From an uncultured delta proteobacterium (GTDB lineage Bacteria; Myxococcota; Myxococcia; Myxococcales; Myxococcaceae): a stretch of 64,000 nucleotides of DNA. The stretch spans positions 256,001 through 320,000 of the forward strand of contig CAVZMH010000015.1 of the NCBI GenBank assembly GCA_963776345.1, in the 5' to 3' direction. The position numbers and the translations under genes were made by a program. The notes under the pieces are model-generated. The model searched no databases. It was not told the DNA's origin and was given only the letters and a program-made list of their open reading frames with translations. Below are positions 8,741 through 19,771 of the stretch, piece after piece. Position 1 is the first letter of the stretch. Each line of letters begins with the position of its first letter.

Positions 8741-10039
8741 CTACGGCTTGTTCTTGGCCAGCGTGAACGGCGTCGCGCAGTCCAGGTTGTAGGAGATGGC
8801 CGGGCTGGTGAGCACCGTCATGTCCGGGTAGCTGTAGGCGTGCTTGTAGGCCGAGGACGGGGACTCGCCCGCGAACCACGAGAGCAGCGCCTCGTTCTGT
8901 GGATGCCAGGTGAAGCCGTTGAGGGTGAGGGGGAAGGTGGCGTTGGGAATGCCCTCGATGACGTCCCCGTCCTCGAGGTTGTTCTGGCAGAGGCCGTTGG
9001 GTCCGACCCAGATCGGCGTGGCGTTGTTGACGAACGGATCGGAGAAGGTCTCCGACAGCTCGTGGCTCAACGCGGTGATGTCGGTGAAGCTGTCCCCGAA
9101 CAGGCCGGGGGAGATCCAGCTCGAGTAGTTCATCACGTACCGGCGCTCGCGCCAGCCGTTGCTCGCATCGCCCGGCTCGAGGTCGTAGCTGTGGTAGCCG
9201 AGGATGCAGCACTCGGCCGGGTTGCCGGCAGCATCCGGGATGTAGAGGTAAGTGTTGTTGAAGAGGAAGGTGGAGATGTCGCGGGTGGAAACGTCCCCGG
9301 CGTTCTCCGCCGCGCCGATCACCGTGCTGGTGTCATCGGCGGTGGGGGGGAAGAGCAGGCTGCCGAAGGCGTCTGCGTTCACCAGGACGTAGACCAGGTT
9401 GCAGTTGGCATCGGCCGCGAAGCGGTAGGTCCCGCGGATGAGGACCATGGTCCGCGGCGTCTTCGCCGCCGGACGCAGCAGGGTGTGCCAGTCGTCGTCC
9501 GCGTGCTTGAAGAACTGGGCGCGGTGGACGGCATCGGTGTACTGGGTGGGCCGATCGCTCGAGCCATAGCGCGCGTTCTGGAAGATCGGCGAGGCCAGCA
9601 CCGCACTCAGGTACTTCGATCCGTCGAGAACCATCCGCACCTGGCTCCCGTCGGGGTTGGTGCAGTAGCGGGGCGAGCCGTCGAAGTTCCGCAGATCGAT
9701 CGTCACCGGGACGATCGGGGCGTTGATCGTCGTGGTGTGGTCGCTCGCGGCCGGGCCGATCGGAGGCCTGCCCACCATGGTGTACGGCCAGGTGAACTGC
9801 GGGAACCCGCCCGAGGAGGTGGGCACCAGGCCGGGGTAGTAGAAGTAGCTGGAGAAGTTCGGGATGGAGTCGACCCCGAGCACGCTTCCGTTCGCAGTGC
9901 GCCCGACCACCCCTCCACCTGCCGCGTCGGATCCTCCGAGCGGATGGCGCAGCACCTTCAGTTGGTATTCGGTCGGCAGCCGGTCGTCATCGACCGCCGC
10001 CGCGGACAGCACCACCGCAGCAACGACACTCAGAACCAT
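8741..10039 (-). CDS. Secreted hypothetical protein with GYH / HExxE..DP motifs (EXORDIUM/Phi-1-like or metallohydrolase-like)
   Basis: ATG at 10039 after GAGGGG; signal peptide MVLSVVAAVVLSAAA; CCILGYHSY, SHELSETFSDP, LEDGD; strong GC3 codon bias. Confidence 0.7.
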   Translation of the reverse strand: MVLSVVAAVVLSAAAVDDDRLPTEYQLKVLRHPLGGSDAAGGGVVGRTANGSVLGVDSIPNFSSYFYYPGLVPTSSGGFPQFTWPYTMVGRPPIGPAASDHTTTINAPIVPVTIDLRNFDGSPRYCTNPDGSQVRMVLDGSKYLSAVLASPIFQNARYGSSDRPTQYTDAVHRAQFFKHADDDWHTLLRPAAKTPRTMVLIRGTYRFAADANCNLVYVLVNADAFGSLLFPPTADDTSTVIGAAENAGDVSTRDISTFLFNNTYLYIPDAAGNPAECCILGYHSYDLEPGDASNGWRERRYVMNYSSWISPGLFGDSFTDITALSHELSETFSDPFVNNATPIWVGPNGLCQNNLEDGDVIEGIPNATFPLTLNGFTWHPQNEALLSWFAGESPSSAYKHAYSYPDMTVLTSPAISYNLDCATPFTLAKNKP

Positions 10040-10322
10040 AGGGATTTCCCCCTCGTCGGGTGAGCAACCGGGGGAGCGTGCCCAAGGCTGCGACGAGCAT
10101 GCAAGGCAACGTGCGCGTGGGTAAGACATCACCCAGGCACTGTCGCCATCCGGATGCAGCTGCGTTTGTCCGCGACCGAACGTCGCTGACGCCAGGGCCC
10201 GCTCGTGCAACCGGTGGGCGGGAGCGGTGCCGCGCCCTCGGGAGAGAGCGGCCTGACAGTCGATCACATCTGTCAGATCCCGGCGCTCTCGGGAATCCGT
10301 GGGCTCGCCGAGGAGCGAGGAC

Positions 10323-10712
10323 CTAGCCCTCCGGATGGTGGCTGAGCGCGATCCGGTTCCCCTCGGGGTCCCGGACGTACAGGGTCCACCGGGTCTCGTG
10401 CACCAGCGGGACCCCGCGGCGCTCGAGCTCGGACCGGATGCGCTCTCGATCGACGCGGGCGATGCGCAAGGCGACCAGGAACAGGCCGGGGCGGCCGTCG
10501 CGGAAGGCGGGGTCGGGCGACGGCGCCACCTCCACCCGCTCGAGCGCGAGGAACGCGCCGCCGCCCACGTCGAGCCAGATGCTCCGGAGCCGTCCGTCCG
10601 GGGCGTGGTGCCGCTCGAGCTCCGGCAGCCCGATCACCTCGCGGTAGAAGCTCGCCACGTCCTCCAGCGCATGCACCTGGACGGCGACGTGGTGGAATCC
10701 CTCCACCCTCAC
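10323..10712 (-). CDS. VOC/glyoxalase family protein
   Basis: GTGA overlap with upstream gene; FHHVAVQV..LE....FYREVIGL, YVRDPEGNRIALSH. Confidence 0.88.
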   Translation of the reverse strand: MRVEGFHHVAVQVHALEDVASFYREVIGLPELERHHAPDGRLRSIWLDVGGGAFLALERVEVAPSPDPAFRDGRPGLFLVALRIARVDRERIRSELERRGVPLVHETRWTLYVRDPEGNRIALSHHPEG

Positions 10713-11665
10713 CCGGACTCTCCCGGATTCCAGGGCGCCATCGGCCCGACCGGACGGGCCTCCACGACGTCCGGGCCGACCAGCGTCGCCCGGGGAACCG
10801 GCGCGGGCGGCGCGGGCCTCGGCGGAGCGGCGGGCAGTGCGCCCTCGCGATCGAGCACCAGGGCGGCCAGCGAATCGAGGCGGACGAGCGTGCCCAGCGC
10901 CTCGACCAGCGCCACCAGCAGCAGCGCGGTTCCGGCTGCCGCCGCCGCGGCCCGGCCCGGCGCGGGGGCCCCCGCCGCCATCACCTGGACTCCGCCGGCC
11001 AGCAGGCCCGCCGGCACGGCGGTGACCACCCAGGCCAGGAAGAGAAAGCCCGGGCGAGCGAGCAACGTGCCGAAGGCCTCGCCTGCCGCGGCAGCGAGCC
11101 TCACCGGCCGCACCACCGAGACCACCAGCCCGAGCTCCAGCCACAGCGCCGCCGCCGGCCCGAGGAACATCCCCAGGGTCAGCACCAGCGCTACCCCGGC
11201 CGCGCCGAGGAGCGAGACCACCGGGCCACCGAGCGCCAGGGCCACGCCGCTGGAGACGAGCACGCTCCAGAACCAGCCGGTCAGGAGCAGGTCCAGGACC
11301 GCCGCGGCCGCCGCCCAGAGGATGCCCCGGAGGCCGGCCGTCGGCGGAGACACGCCCGCCTTCCCTGAGCCGGTCCGCAGCCGGGTCGCTCCGGAGTTCA
11401 CGGCGACCGCCAGCACCACCGCCCGGCCGAGCGACGCCGCCAGGAGGAGTCCCCCGCCGCCCAGCAGCAGCGTCCGGTCCAGCCGGAGCTCCGGGTCGGC
11501 CAGGAACAGCGCGGGCCAGAGGGTGCGCTGGACCGCCTGGGTCACGGCCAGCACGCCGGCGAGCACCAGGAGCGGAGGGAGCGACGACACGGCGGCGCGC
11601 GCGCCCAGCCGGAGCAACCACCCGGCACCGGCGGCCGGGCGCTCCGCCGCCGGATCCGGGCTCAT
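10709..11665 (-). CDS. Hypothetical multi-pass membrane protein
   Basis: ATGA overlap with MlaD stop; 6-7 hydrophobic segments; C-terminal part of ORF 10709..12664. Confidence 0.7.
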   Translation of the reverse strand: MSPDPAAERPAAGAGWLLRLGARAAVSSLPPLLVLAGVLAVTQAVQRTLWPALFLADPELRLDRTLLLGGGGLLLAASLGRAVVLAVAVNSGATRLRTGSGKAGVSPPTAGLRGILWAAAAAVLDLLLTGWFWSVLVSSGVALALGGPVVSLLGAAGVALVLTLGMFLGPAAALWLELGLVVSVVRPVRLAAAAGEAFGTLLARPGFLFLAWVVTAVPAGLLAGGVQVMAAGAPAPGRAAAAAAGTALLLVALVEALGTLVRLDSLAALVLDREGALPAAPPRPAPPAPVPRATLVGPDVVEARPVGPMAPWNPGESG

Positions 11666-12861
11666 CGCGTCGCGTCCGTGGAACCGGAGGGCGGCGCCGG
11701 CGGAGGCGACACGGTGCTCATCGGCCGCCCGTCCACCGGATGTCCGGCCTGCTCGAGCCCGCCCCGGTTGCTCACCGTGATGCGCACCAATTCTTGAAGC
11801 ACCTTGTTCCGCTTCACGTTGCCCAGGACCGTCCGCAGGTCGTCGTAGACGCTGGGGTCCACCACCAGCGCGCCCAGCGTCCCCTCCCCCGCGCGGATCT
11901 TCGCGGCGATGACCCGGAGGTCCTCGGACATCGCGCCCAGGTTCTGGAAGAGGTGCCGGGCATCGCCGTACACCAGCTGGTGGATGGCCCCGTTCTCGCT
12001 CGTCCGGGCGTCGTGGAGCAGCACCGACAGCTCGCCGGCCGCGTCTCCCAGCGCGCCCACCGCCTTGCCGGCCTTGGGGTCGTAGAGCAGCGCGTGCAGG
12101 GCGCCGTCCCCGGTCCGCGCGCCCTCGAGCACCAGTGTGACTTGCTCCAGAGCCTTTTCCGCCTGCGTCGAGAGGTCCGCGACGTTGACCAGGAGGCGGT
12201 GCGTCTCGGCCGCGCCCTTCGGGTCGTAGATCAGCGCATGGAGCGCGCCGTTCCCCTTCTCGATGCCCTGGAGGATGCCCCGGGCGCTGGCGATGGCCGC
12301 GGTGAGGTTCTTGGCCACGTCGGGCCCGGCGAAGGCGTCGGTGAGCTTGCGCACGTTGGCGCTGCTGGCGACGAGGTTCTCCATCAGCTCGCCGCCGGAC
12401 TTGAGCAGCGTCGCCAGGTCCCCGGACGAGCCGCTGGGGATGGCACCGTTGGGGGGGATCGGATCGCCCTCGGAGGTCCCGAGCGAGATGTCGATCGCCT
12501 TGTCCCCCAGCACGCCGCGCCCGCTCACCCGGGCCACGCAGTCGGTGCGGACGCGCGGGGCGAAGCTCTTCGACATCTCGATGGTCACGTCGATCTTCTT
12601 GTCCCCCAGGTCCGGGGAGAAGGAGATGGACACCACCCGGCCCACCTCCAGGCCGCCGAGCCACACCGGCGAGTCGCGCTTCAGGCCCTCCACGTTCTCG
12701 AAGAACGCATGGTAGGGGACCTGGCGGTCGAAGAGCCGGTTCTCCTTGCCGATGATGAGGACCACCAGCCCGAAGAGCAGCAGCGCCAGGCCCACGAACA
12801 GCCCGGCCCGGACGATCAGGCGGCGTTCACGCTGCGTGGCGGTCTCGGCGGTCTTCTCCAT
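11662..12861 (-). CDS. mlaD: MlaD/MCE family protein
   Basis: N-terminal TM; F.NVEGL...SPVWLGGLEVGRV, GVLGDKAIDI; helical tail with G.GTLGAL..DP..Y repeats. Confidence 0.9.
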   Translation of the reverse strand: MEKTAETATQRERRLIVRAGLFVGLALLLFGLVVLIIGKENRLFDRQVPYHAFFENVEGLKRDSPVWLGGLEVGRVVSISFSPDLGDKKIDVTIEMSKSFAPRVRTDCVARVSGRGVLGDKAIDISLGTSEGDPIPPNGAIPSGSSGDLATLLKSGGELMENLVASSANVRKLTDAFAGPDVAKNLTAAIASARGILQGIEKGNGALHALIYDPKGAAETHRLLVNVADLSTQAEKALEQVTLVLEGARTGDGALHALLYDPKAGKAVGALGDAAGELSVLLHDARTSENGAIHQLVYGDARHLFQNLGAMSEDLRVIAAKIRAGEGTLGALVVDPSVYDDLRTVLGNVKRNKVLQELVRITVSNRGGLEQAGHPVDGRPMSTVSPPPAPPSGSTDATR

Positions 12862-12864
12862 GGC

Positions 12865-13650
12865 TCAGTCCGGCCGGGCCTCGCCCTTCCGCGCGTCGAG
12901 GAAGGCCCGGACCTCCTTCGCGGTGCTGGCCCTCATCTCGGCCACCGTTCCGACCTGCACGATGTGCCGGTTGGCCAGCAGGGCGACGCGGTCCGACACG
13001 GTGAAGGCGCTCTGCATGTCGTGGGTGACCACGATGGAGGTGCACTTCAGCTTAGTCCGCATGCTGCGGATCAGCTCGTCGATGGTGCGGGTGCTGATCG
13101 GGTCCAGCCCGGTGGTGGGCTCGTCCCAGAGGATGACCTCCGGCTCGGTGGCGATGGCCCGGGCCAGCCCCACCCGCCGCCGCATGCCGCCGGAGAGGTC
13201 CGAGGGCCGCATCGCCTCGATGCCCGGCAGGTTCACCAGTCCCAGCACCCGGGCCACCCTCTGGGTCCGCTCCTCGCCGGACATGTCGGGGAAGTGCTCG
13301 CGGAGCGGGTACTCGATGTTCTCGCCCACCGAGATGCTGTCGAACAGGGCCGAGGCCTGGAAGACCATGGCAACCCGCCGCCGGACGGGGAGGAACTCCT
13401 TCTCCCCGTACCCCGAGAGGTCCTGCCCGTCGAAGACGATGCGCCCGCCGTCGGGGTCCATCAGCCCGATGAGGCACTTGAGGAGAACGCTCTTGCCGGC
13501 GCCCGAGCCGCCGATGACGGCGAGCGTCTCGCCGCGACGCACCTCGAGCGACAGGTCGTCGAAGACCACCTTGGGACCGAAGGCCTTGTGGATGCCCTCG
13601 AAGCGGATCAGCGCCTCGGACGGGGCGGGCGCGGCGGCGGGCGCGGTCAT
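12865..13650 (-). CDS. mlaF: ABC transporter ATP-binding protein (MlaF/Mkl type)
   Basis: GGSGAGKS, LSGGMRRRV, ILWDEPTTGLDP, VTHD. Confidence 0.92.
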   Translation of the reverse strand: MTAPAAAPAPSEALIRFEGIHKAFGPKVVFDDLSLEVRRGETLAVIGGSGAGKSVLLKCLIGLMDPDGGRIVFDGQDLSGYGEKEFLPVRRRVAMVFQASALFDSISVGENIEYPLREHFPDMSGEERTQRVARVLGLVNLPGIEAMRPSDLSGGMRRRVGLARAIATEPEVILWDEPTTGLDPISTRTIDELIRSMRTKLKCTSIVVTHDMQSAFTVSDRVALLANRHIVQVGTVAEMRASTAKEVRAFLDARKGEARPD

Positions 13651-14498
13651 GTGATGGTGAGCAGCAGCTTGGTCAGGAAGAAATCGGCGAGCAAGACCGC
13701 CACCGAGGCCACGGCGACCGTCTGGGTGGTGGCCCGGCCCACCCCTTCGGTGCCGCCCTGGACGTTGAAGCCCTTGTAGCAGCCCACCACGGCGATGATC
13801 AGGCCGAACACCACCGACTTCAAGACGCCGGAGATGAAGTCGCTCTCGTCCACGGTTTCCAGGGCCGAGGTGAAGAACTGGGCGAAGGAGATGTCGTACT
13901 CGAACTTGGTCACCAACGCGCCGGCGAGGAACCCGGTCACGTCGGCCAGCACGGTGAGCATCGGCATCACCACCAGGCAAGCGTAGACCCGCGGCACCAC
14001 CAGCTTCTTGATCGGGTCGGCGCCGAGCGCGCGTACGGCGTCCACCTGCTCGGTGACGGTCATCGACCCGAGCTCCGCGGCGATGCCGCTGCCGATGCGC
14101 GCTCCCACGGTGAGGGCGGTGAGCACCGGCGCCAGCTCGCGGAAGAGCGTCAGCACCACCACCTTGCCCACCGTGTGCTGCACGCCGAAGCGGGCGAGGA
14201 AGAAGCCGAACTGGATGGCGATGACCAGGCCGGCGAAGGCCGCGGTCAGGGTTCCGATGGCCACCGAGCGCGCTCCCAGCGACTCGATCTGGTAGACGAT
14301 CGCCGCGAGGCTCGAGGGCGGCCGCACCCCGCGGGCCAGGGCGCGGCCACCGAGGACGAAGATCCCGCCCATCTGCTCCACGCCCGCGCGGAGCTTGTCC
14401 CTGAAGGGGAGGAGGCTCTCCAGCTCCTGGCCGACGAGCGCGCCCAGCGACTCGCGGTCCGATTCCTCCGAGCTGTACTCGCCGTCCGGCGCCGTCAC
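13647..14498 (-). CDS. mlaE: MlaE family ABC permease
   Basis: RELAPVLTAL..GARIGSGIAAELGSM.VTEQVDA, GGTEGVGRATT. Confidence 0.93.
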   Translation of the reverse strand: MTAPDGEYSSEESDRESLGALVGQELESLLPFRDKLRAGVEQMGGIFVLGGRALARGVRPPSSLAAIVYQIESLGARSVAIGTLTAAFAGLVIAIQFGFFLARFGVQHTVGKVVVLTLFRELAPVLTALTVGARIGSGIAAELGSMTVTEQVDAVRALGADPIKKLVVPRVYACLVVMPMLTVLADVTGFLAGALVTKFEYDISFAQFFTSALETVDESDFISGVLKSVVFGLIIAVVGCYKGFNVQGGTEGVGRATTQTVAVASVAVLLADFFLTKLLLTIT

Positions 14499-15001
14499 TT
14501 CACCCGCTCCGTCCCGAAGCCCTGCACCAGCCGGGCGAGCGCCTGCGACTGCTGGTCGTAGGCGCCGCTCGGGCTGGTGTACGTGAAGTCGTAGATGCAC
14601 CCATCCTTCTTCAGCGTCCAGAGCCCCAGCTCCACCGGGACGCCGTCGAGCTTCGCCCGCCAGCGCGAGAACAGTGCCGCCCGGCCGTCCAGCATCTCCT
14701 CCCGCTCCTCCACCCTTTCGGCCTGGGTGAAGCCCACCAGTTGCTGCCGGCGCAGCGCGGTGAGGGGGGCCTCCAGGTAGTCGTGGCACATGGAGTTGAC
14801 CGACAGGGTGTGGCCACTGGAGTCTCGCACCCAGGTCACGTCCACGTCGCCGAGCGACACCCGGCGCCAGTCGGGCCCCGGCTCGCCGAACCGGTAGCGG
14901 GTCCGCTCCTTGCTCACCTTCCCTTGCTGGACCCTCACCCCGGAGCAGGCGCCGAGGGCGAGGGCGCCGATCAGGAGAGCAGCGGCGGGACGGAGGGGCA
15001 C
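14495..15001 (-). CDS. Hypothetical lipoprotein heading the mla operon
   Basis: Lipobox LALGAC; KDGCIYDF motif; GTGA-coupled to mlaE. Confidence 0.75.
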   Translation of the reverse strand: MPLRPAAALLIGALALGACSGVRVQQGKVSKERTRYRFGEPGPDWRRVSLGDVDVTWVRDSSGHTLSVNSMCHDYLEAPLTALRRQQLVGFTQAERVEEREEMLDGRAALFSRWRAKLDGVPVELGLWTLKKDGCIYDFTYTSPSGAYDQQSQALARLVQGFGTERVK

Positions 15002-15068
15002 GGGTGAGCCGAGACCTTCCCACAGCCTCGCCGGCGCGGTGCAGTCCTTTCGGGCCGCGGCGGAAGTG

Positions 15069-15091
15069 TTGACTCTGCACGCCCGTTCAGG
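15069..15091 (+). promoter_or_regulatory. LexA operator (Myxococcus-type SOS box) immediately after a -35 TTGACT
   Basis: CTGCACGCCCGTTCAGG (15075-15091) matches the M. xanthus consensus CTRHAMRYBYGTTCAGS at every position; 42 nt upstream of lexA. Confidence 0.88.
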
Positions 15092-15132
15092 CAGGGTGAA
15101 GCTCGCTTGGAGAGCTTCCTGCGGAGGGCACG

Positions 15133-15786
15133 ATGGAAGAGCTGACCAGCAGACAGCGGGAGATCCTCCATTTCATCGTCCGGCAGACCGAGGAGCGCGG
15201 CTTCCCCCCCACCATCCGTGAGATCGGCGAGGAGATGGACATCCGGTCCACCAACGGGGTGAACGATCACCTCAAGGCCCTCGAGCGCAAGGGATACCTC
15301 CTCCGCGGAGAGCAGCAGTCCCGGGCGCTGGTTCCCACCAAGCGGGCCAGGCTGGTGCTGGGGATGGGCGCGCCACGCCGTGACTCCGGGATGATCGAGG
15401 TTCCGCTGCTGGGCAAGGTAGCGGCCGGCGCACCGCTGCTCGCGGTGGAGAACGTCGAGGACTCGGTCCGCATCGACAGCTTTCTGCTCGGCGGCAACGG
15501 GAAGGAAGTGTTCGCGCTCAGGGTGAAGGGCGACTCGATGGTCGACGACGGCATCCACGATGGGGACTACCTCTTCGTGCGGAAGACGCCCACCGCCCGC
15601 GAGGGCGAGATCGTCGTGGCGCTCATCGAGGACGAGGCGACCTGCAAGCGCTACTATCCGGAGGGCGACCGCATCCGGTTCCAGCCGGCGAACAAGACCA
15701 TGGCGCCCATCTATGTCCACCGGTCCCAGTTCCGCTCGACGATGATCCTCGGGCAGGTGGTGGGCGTGTACCGGAAGGTGCACTGA
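15133..15786 (+). CDS. lexA: SOS repressor LexA
   Basis: [18 protein letters not shown] wHTH; cleavage site VAAG.P; GDSM and TCKR catalytic Ser/Lys. Confidence 0.97.
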   Translation: MEELTSRQREILHFIVRQTEERGFPPTIREIGEEMDIRSTNGVNDHLKALERKGYLLRGEQQSRALVPTKRARLVLGMGAPRRDSGMIEVPLLGKVAAGAPLLAVENVEDSVRIDSFLLGGNGKEVFALRVKGDSMVDDGIHDGDYLFVRKTPTAREGEIVVALIEDEATCKRYYPEGDRIRFQPANKTMAPIYVHRSQFRSTMILGQVVGVYRKVH

Positions 15787-15836
15787 GGCTCAGAGCCACC
15801 GGCCAGGCGGCCCCAACCCTCCCACCACCCAGACGT

Positions 15837-16856
15837 TCAGGAGCTGGGCGGCGGACCGAGGAAGTCGAGCGGGTCCACCGGGGCGCCGTCCTGACGCACC
15901 TCGAAGTGGAGGTGCGGGCCGCTCGTCTTCCCGGACTCGCCCACCGTGGCGATGACCTGCCCCTCGCGCACCGGCTGGCCGGTCCGGACCCGCAGGTCGC
16001 GGTTGTGCGCGTAGACCGTCACCAGCCCGTGTGCATGCTCGATGATGACCAGGAGGCCGTAGCCCTGCTGCGGCCCGGCGAAGAGGACCGAGCCCTCGCC
16101 GGAGGTGCGGACCGGCGTGCCCGCGGGCGCCGCCAGGTCGATGCCGTCGTGCGGTGACTTCCCCTTGCGGCCGAAGCGCGCGTAGAGCACGCCCCGGAGC
16201 GGCCACTGGAGCTGCCCCGAGCTGCGCCGCACGCTTCCGAGCGGCGCCCTTCCCACCTGGGCCGCCGGCGGGAGCGCCCCGAGCACGCTCGACTCGATGC
16301 GGCCGGGCCCGTGCGGATCACGCCGGGCCGACGCGCCGGCGCGGTCGGACGGCCGCTCGGGCTCGGGGTCGGCGCCCGCGCTCGCTCCAGAGGTCGAGGG
16401 CTGCAGCGTCCCCGCCGGCTTCCCGGCCGCATCGAACGCCGCAGCGAGCTCAGGAGGCAGCACGTGCGAGCCCTCGCGCTCGGTCGAGGCCGGAGCAGGC
16501 ACGACCAGCACCTGGCCAACCGCGAGCGGCGCCGAGACCGAGATGCCGTTCATCTCCGCAAGGGCCGCGGGGGCGATGCCCAGTCCACGGGCGATGCGGT
16601 ACAGCGTGTCACCGGCGGCCACCCGGTGCGTGCCCGGCGCGGGAACGGAAGCGGCCGTCGCCACCGGATGTTCGTCCGACAGGTCCGGCTCGGCGTGGGC
16701 CGGGGCGAGGACCACCCGCGGCCCCTCCGGCGTCATGCGCCGGGGCGCCGGCAGGTCGTCGGTCCGGAGGCTGCTCCGGGTGCGTGGACGTTCGCCGCTC
16801 ACCGGGGTGCCGCAGCCAGAGGCGAGCGCGGTCAGGAACCCCAGCGCGCAGAGCAC
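15837..16856 (-). CDS. LysM + M23 peptidase lipoprotein (NlpD-like); start approximate
   Basis: Lipobox LASGC; LysM H.V..GDTLYRIA; M23 HDGID, YAHN, GPHLHFEVR; lies downstream of surE. Confidence 0.88.
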   Translation of the reverse strand: MLCALGFLTALASGCGTPVSGERPRTRSSLRTDDLPAPRRMTPEGPRVVLAPAHAEPDLSDEHPVATAASVPAPGTHRVAAGDTLYRIARGLGIAPAALAEMNGISVSAPLAVGQVLVVPAPASTEREGSHVLPPELAAAFDAAGKPAGTLQPSTSGASAGADPEPERPSDRAGASARRDPHGPGRIESSVLGALPPAAQVGRAPLGSVRRSSGQLQWPLRGVLYARFGRKGKSPHDGIDLAAPAGTPVRTSGEGSVLFAGPQQGYGLLVIIEHAHGLVTVYAHNRDLRVRTGQPVREGQVIATVGESGKTSGPHLHFEVRQDGAPVDPLDFLGPPPSS

Positions 16857-16965
16857 ACCGGTGCCCGGCCGCCGAACGGCCTGGACCGGCAGGTCTCGGG
16901 TGGGGACCCGATGCAGCAGGGAACACGCCTCCAGCGGACAGGTGTACCCCGGAACCCGGGGCGCA

Positions 16966-17742
16966 TCAGATTTTCGCCGAACCCTGGCGCTCGAAGCCAT
17001 CCACCGGCCAGCGCATCAGCTCCTCCATGCGCTGCAGGTCGGTCAGGTCGAGCAGGACGGGGGTGACCGAGATGAGCTGCTCGTCCAGCACTGCGTTGCA
17101 GTCGCTGCCCGGCAGGTCCTCGTGCGAGTACTCGTTGCCGCCGATCCAGTAGTAGCGCCGGCCGCGCGGGTCCCTGTTCTCCACCACCCGGTTCCCATAG
17201 CTGTGCCGGCCGAGGCGGGTCACCGCCCAGCCGCGCGGCTCGGCCACCCCGGGCACGTTCACGTTCAGGAGGAGCCGGGGTGGGAGCGGCTGCGCGAGCG
17301 CGGCGCGGGTGAGCGAGCGGGCGAACCGCGCGGCCTGGGTGAAATCCAGCGCCCGCCCGCGGGCCACCAGGCTGAAGGCGATGGCCGGCACGCCGAGCAG
17401 GGTCGCCTCCATGGCCGCGGCCACCGTCCCCGAGTAGGTGACGTCGTCCGCCATGTTCGGGCCGTGGTTGATGCCCGACACGGCCAGGGCCGGCAGCTCG
17501 TCCTTCATCAGGTGGTGGATGGCGAGGTACGCGCAGTCGGTGGGCGTGCCGTCCACCGCGAACCACCGCGGCTTGACCTTGCGGATCCGGAGGGGCCGGG
17601 TGAGCGAGATCGCGTGGGCGGCCGCGCTCTGCTCGTGCTCGGGCGCCACCACCCACACCTCGCCGAGCGGCTCCACCGCCTCGGCCAGCGCGGCGACGCC
17701 GGCGGACCCGATGCCGTCGTCGTTCGAGACCAGGATCCGGAT
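16966..17742 (-). CDS. surE: 5'/3'-nucleotidase SurE (start codon reads ATC)
   Basis: xRILVSNDDG, VVAP..EQS, DGTPTDC, SGINHGPN..DDVTYSGTV; conserved N-terminus begins at ATC 17742 preceded by GGAG. Confidence 0.93.
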   Translation of the reverse strand: MRILVSNDDGIGSAGVAALAEAVEPLGEVWVVAPEHEQSAAAHAISLTRPLRIRKVKPRWFAVDGTPTDCAYLAIHHLMKDELPALAVSGINHGPNMADDVTYSGTVAAAMEATLLGVPAIAFSLVARGRALDFTQAARFARSLTRAALAQPLPPRLLLNVNVPGVAEPRGWAVTRLGRHSYGNRVVENRDPRGRRYYWIGGNEYSHEDLPGSDCNAVLDEQLISVTPVLLDLTDLQRMEELMRWPVDGFERQGSAKI

Positions 17743-17744
17743 GG

Positions 17745-19094
<1,350 letters not shown>

Positions 19095-19295
19095 CTAGTG
19101 CAGGCGGCGAAGGTCGATGACCACGACGCCGCGCTTGGGCTTCTCCTCGCGGCCGTCCTCGTCGCTGCGGCGCACCGGGCGCTCGTCGGGAGCCGGCAGA
19201 GGCAGCTCCACCGCTGGTCGCTCGCGCTCGTCGCGCTCCGGCCGATCCCGGCGGCTGACCTCGTCGATGACGAAGCTGTCGAGCATTGTGATCAT
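19095..19295 (-). CDS. Small hypothetical protein
   Basis: 66 aa, MLDSFVIDEV...ERP.VELP...KRGVVVIDL; fills the gap in a co-directional run. Confidence 0.6.
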   Translation of the reverse strand: MITMLDSFVIDEVSRRDRPERDERERPAVELPLPAPDERPVRRSDEDGREEKPKRGVVVIDLRRLH

Positions 19296-19345
19296 TGTAG
19301 TGCCTGAGGCCCCCCCCGCAAGCGCCGACTTCCCCCGCGTCTTGC

Positions 19346-19771
19346 TCAGCGCGCCTCCGCTCGTTTCTTGAATGCTTCCAGCATCTTGGGCAGCGACTGA
19401 TCGACCAGGGCGTTCACGATGGACCGCGGTACCAGCGGACCCACTCCCACCTCGATGGTGTACGTCGCGCGGGTCATGCCCTCGGGAGTGGGCTCGAGCG
19501 TCCAGCTGCCCCTGTTGTCGCGCATCACCTCGCCCCTCACGAACGTCCAGCGCACGGAGCGGGGCCGCTCCTCGACCATGTGCAGCGTGTAGTGGATGCG
19601 CTTCACCAGGTCGATGCCGTAGTGGACGTCGACCTCGTTGCCGCGGCGGTCGGAGCTCCGGGCCTCCTTCACCTCGGAGAGGAACTCGGCGTAGCGGTCG
19701 TAGTCGACGATGATCTCGAACACCCGCTCCGGCGGAGCGGCGATCACCACGCTGCGGGTCGCCCCGGCCAT
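19346..19771 (-). CDS. SRPBCC/START-like (polyketide cyclase / CoQ-binding) protein
   Basis: I.APPERVF.II.DY.RY.EF, GSW.LEP, KMLEAFKKRAE; TGATG overlap with glpX. Confidence 0.88.
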   Translation of the reverse strand: MAGATRSVVIAAPPERVFEIIVDYDRYAEFLSEVKEARSSDRRGNEVDVHYGIDLVKRIHYTLHMVEERPRSVRWTFVRGEVMRDNRGSWTLEPTPEGMTRATYTIEVGVGPLVPRSIVNALVDQSLPKMLEAFKKRAEAR

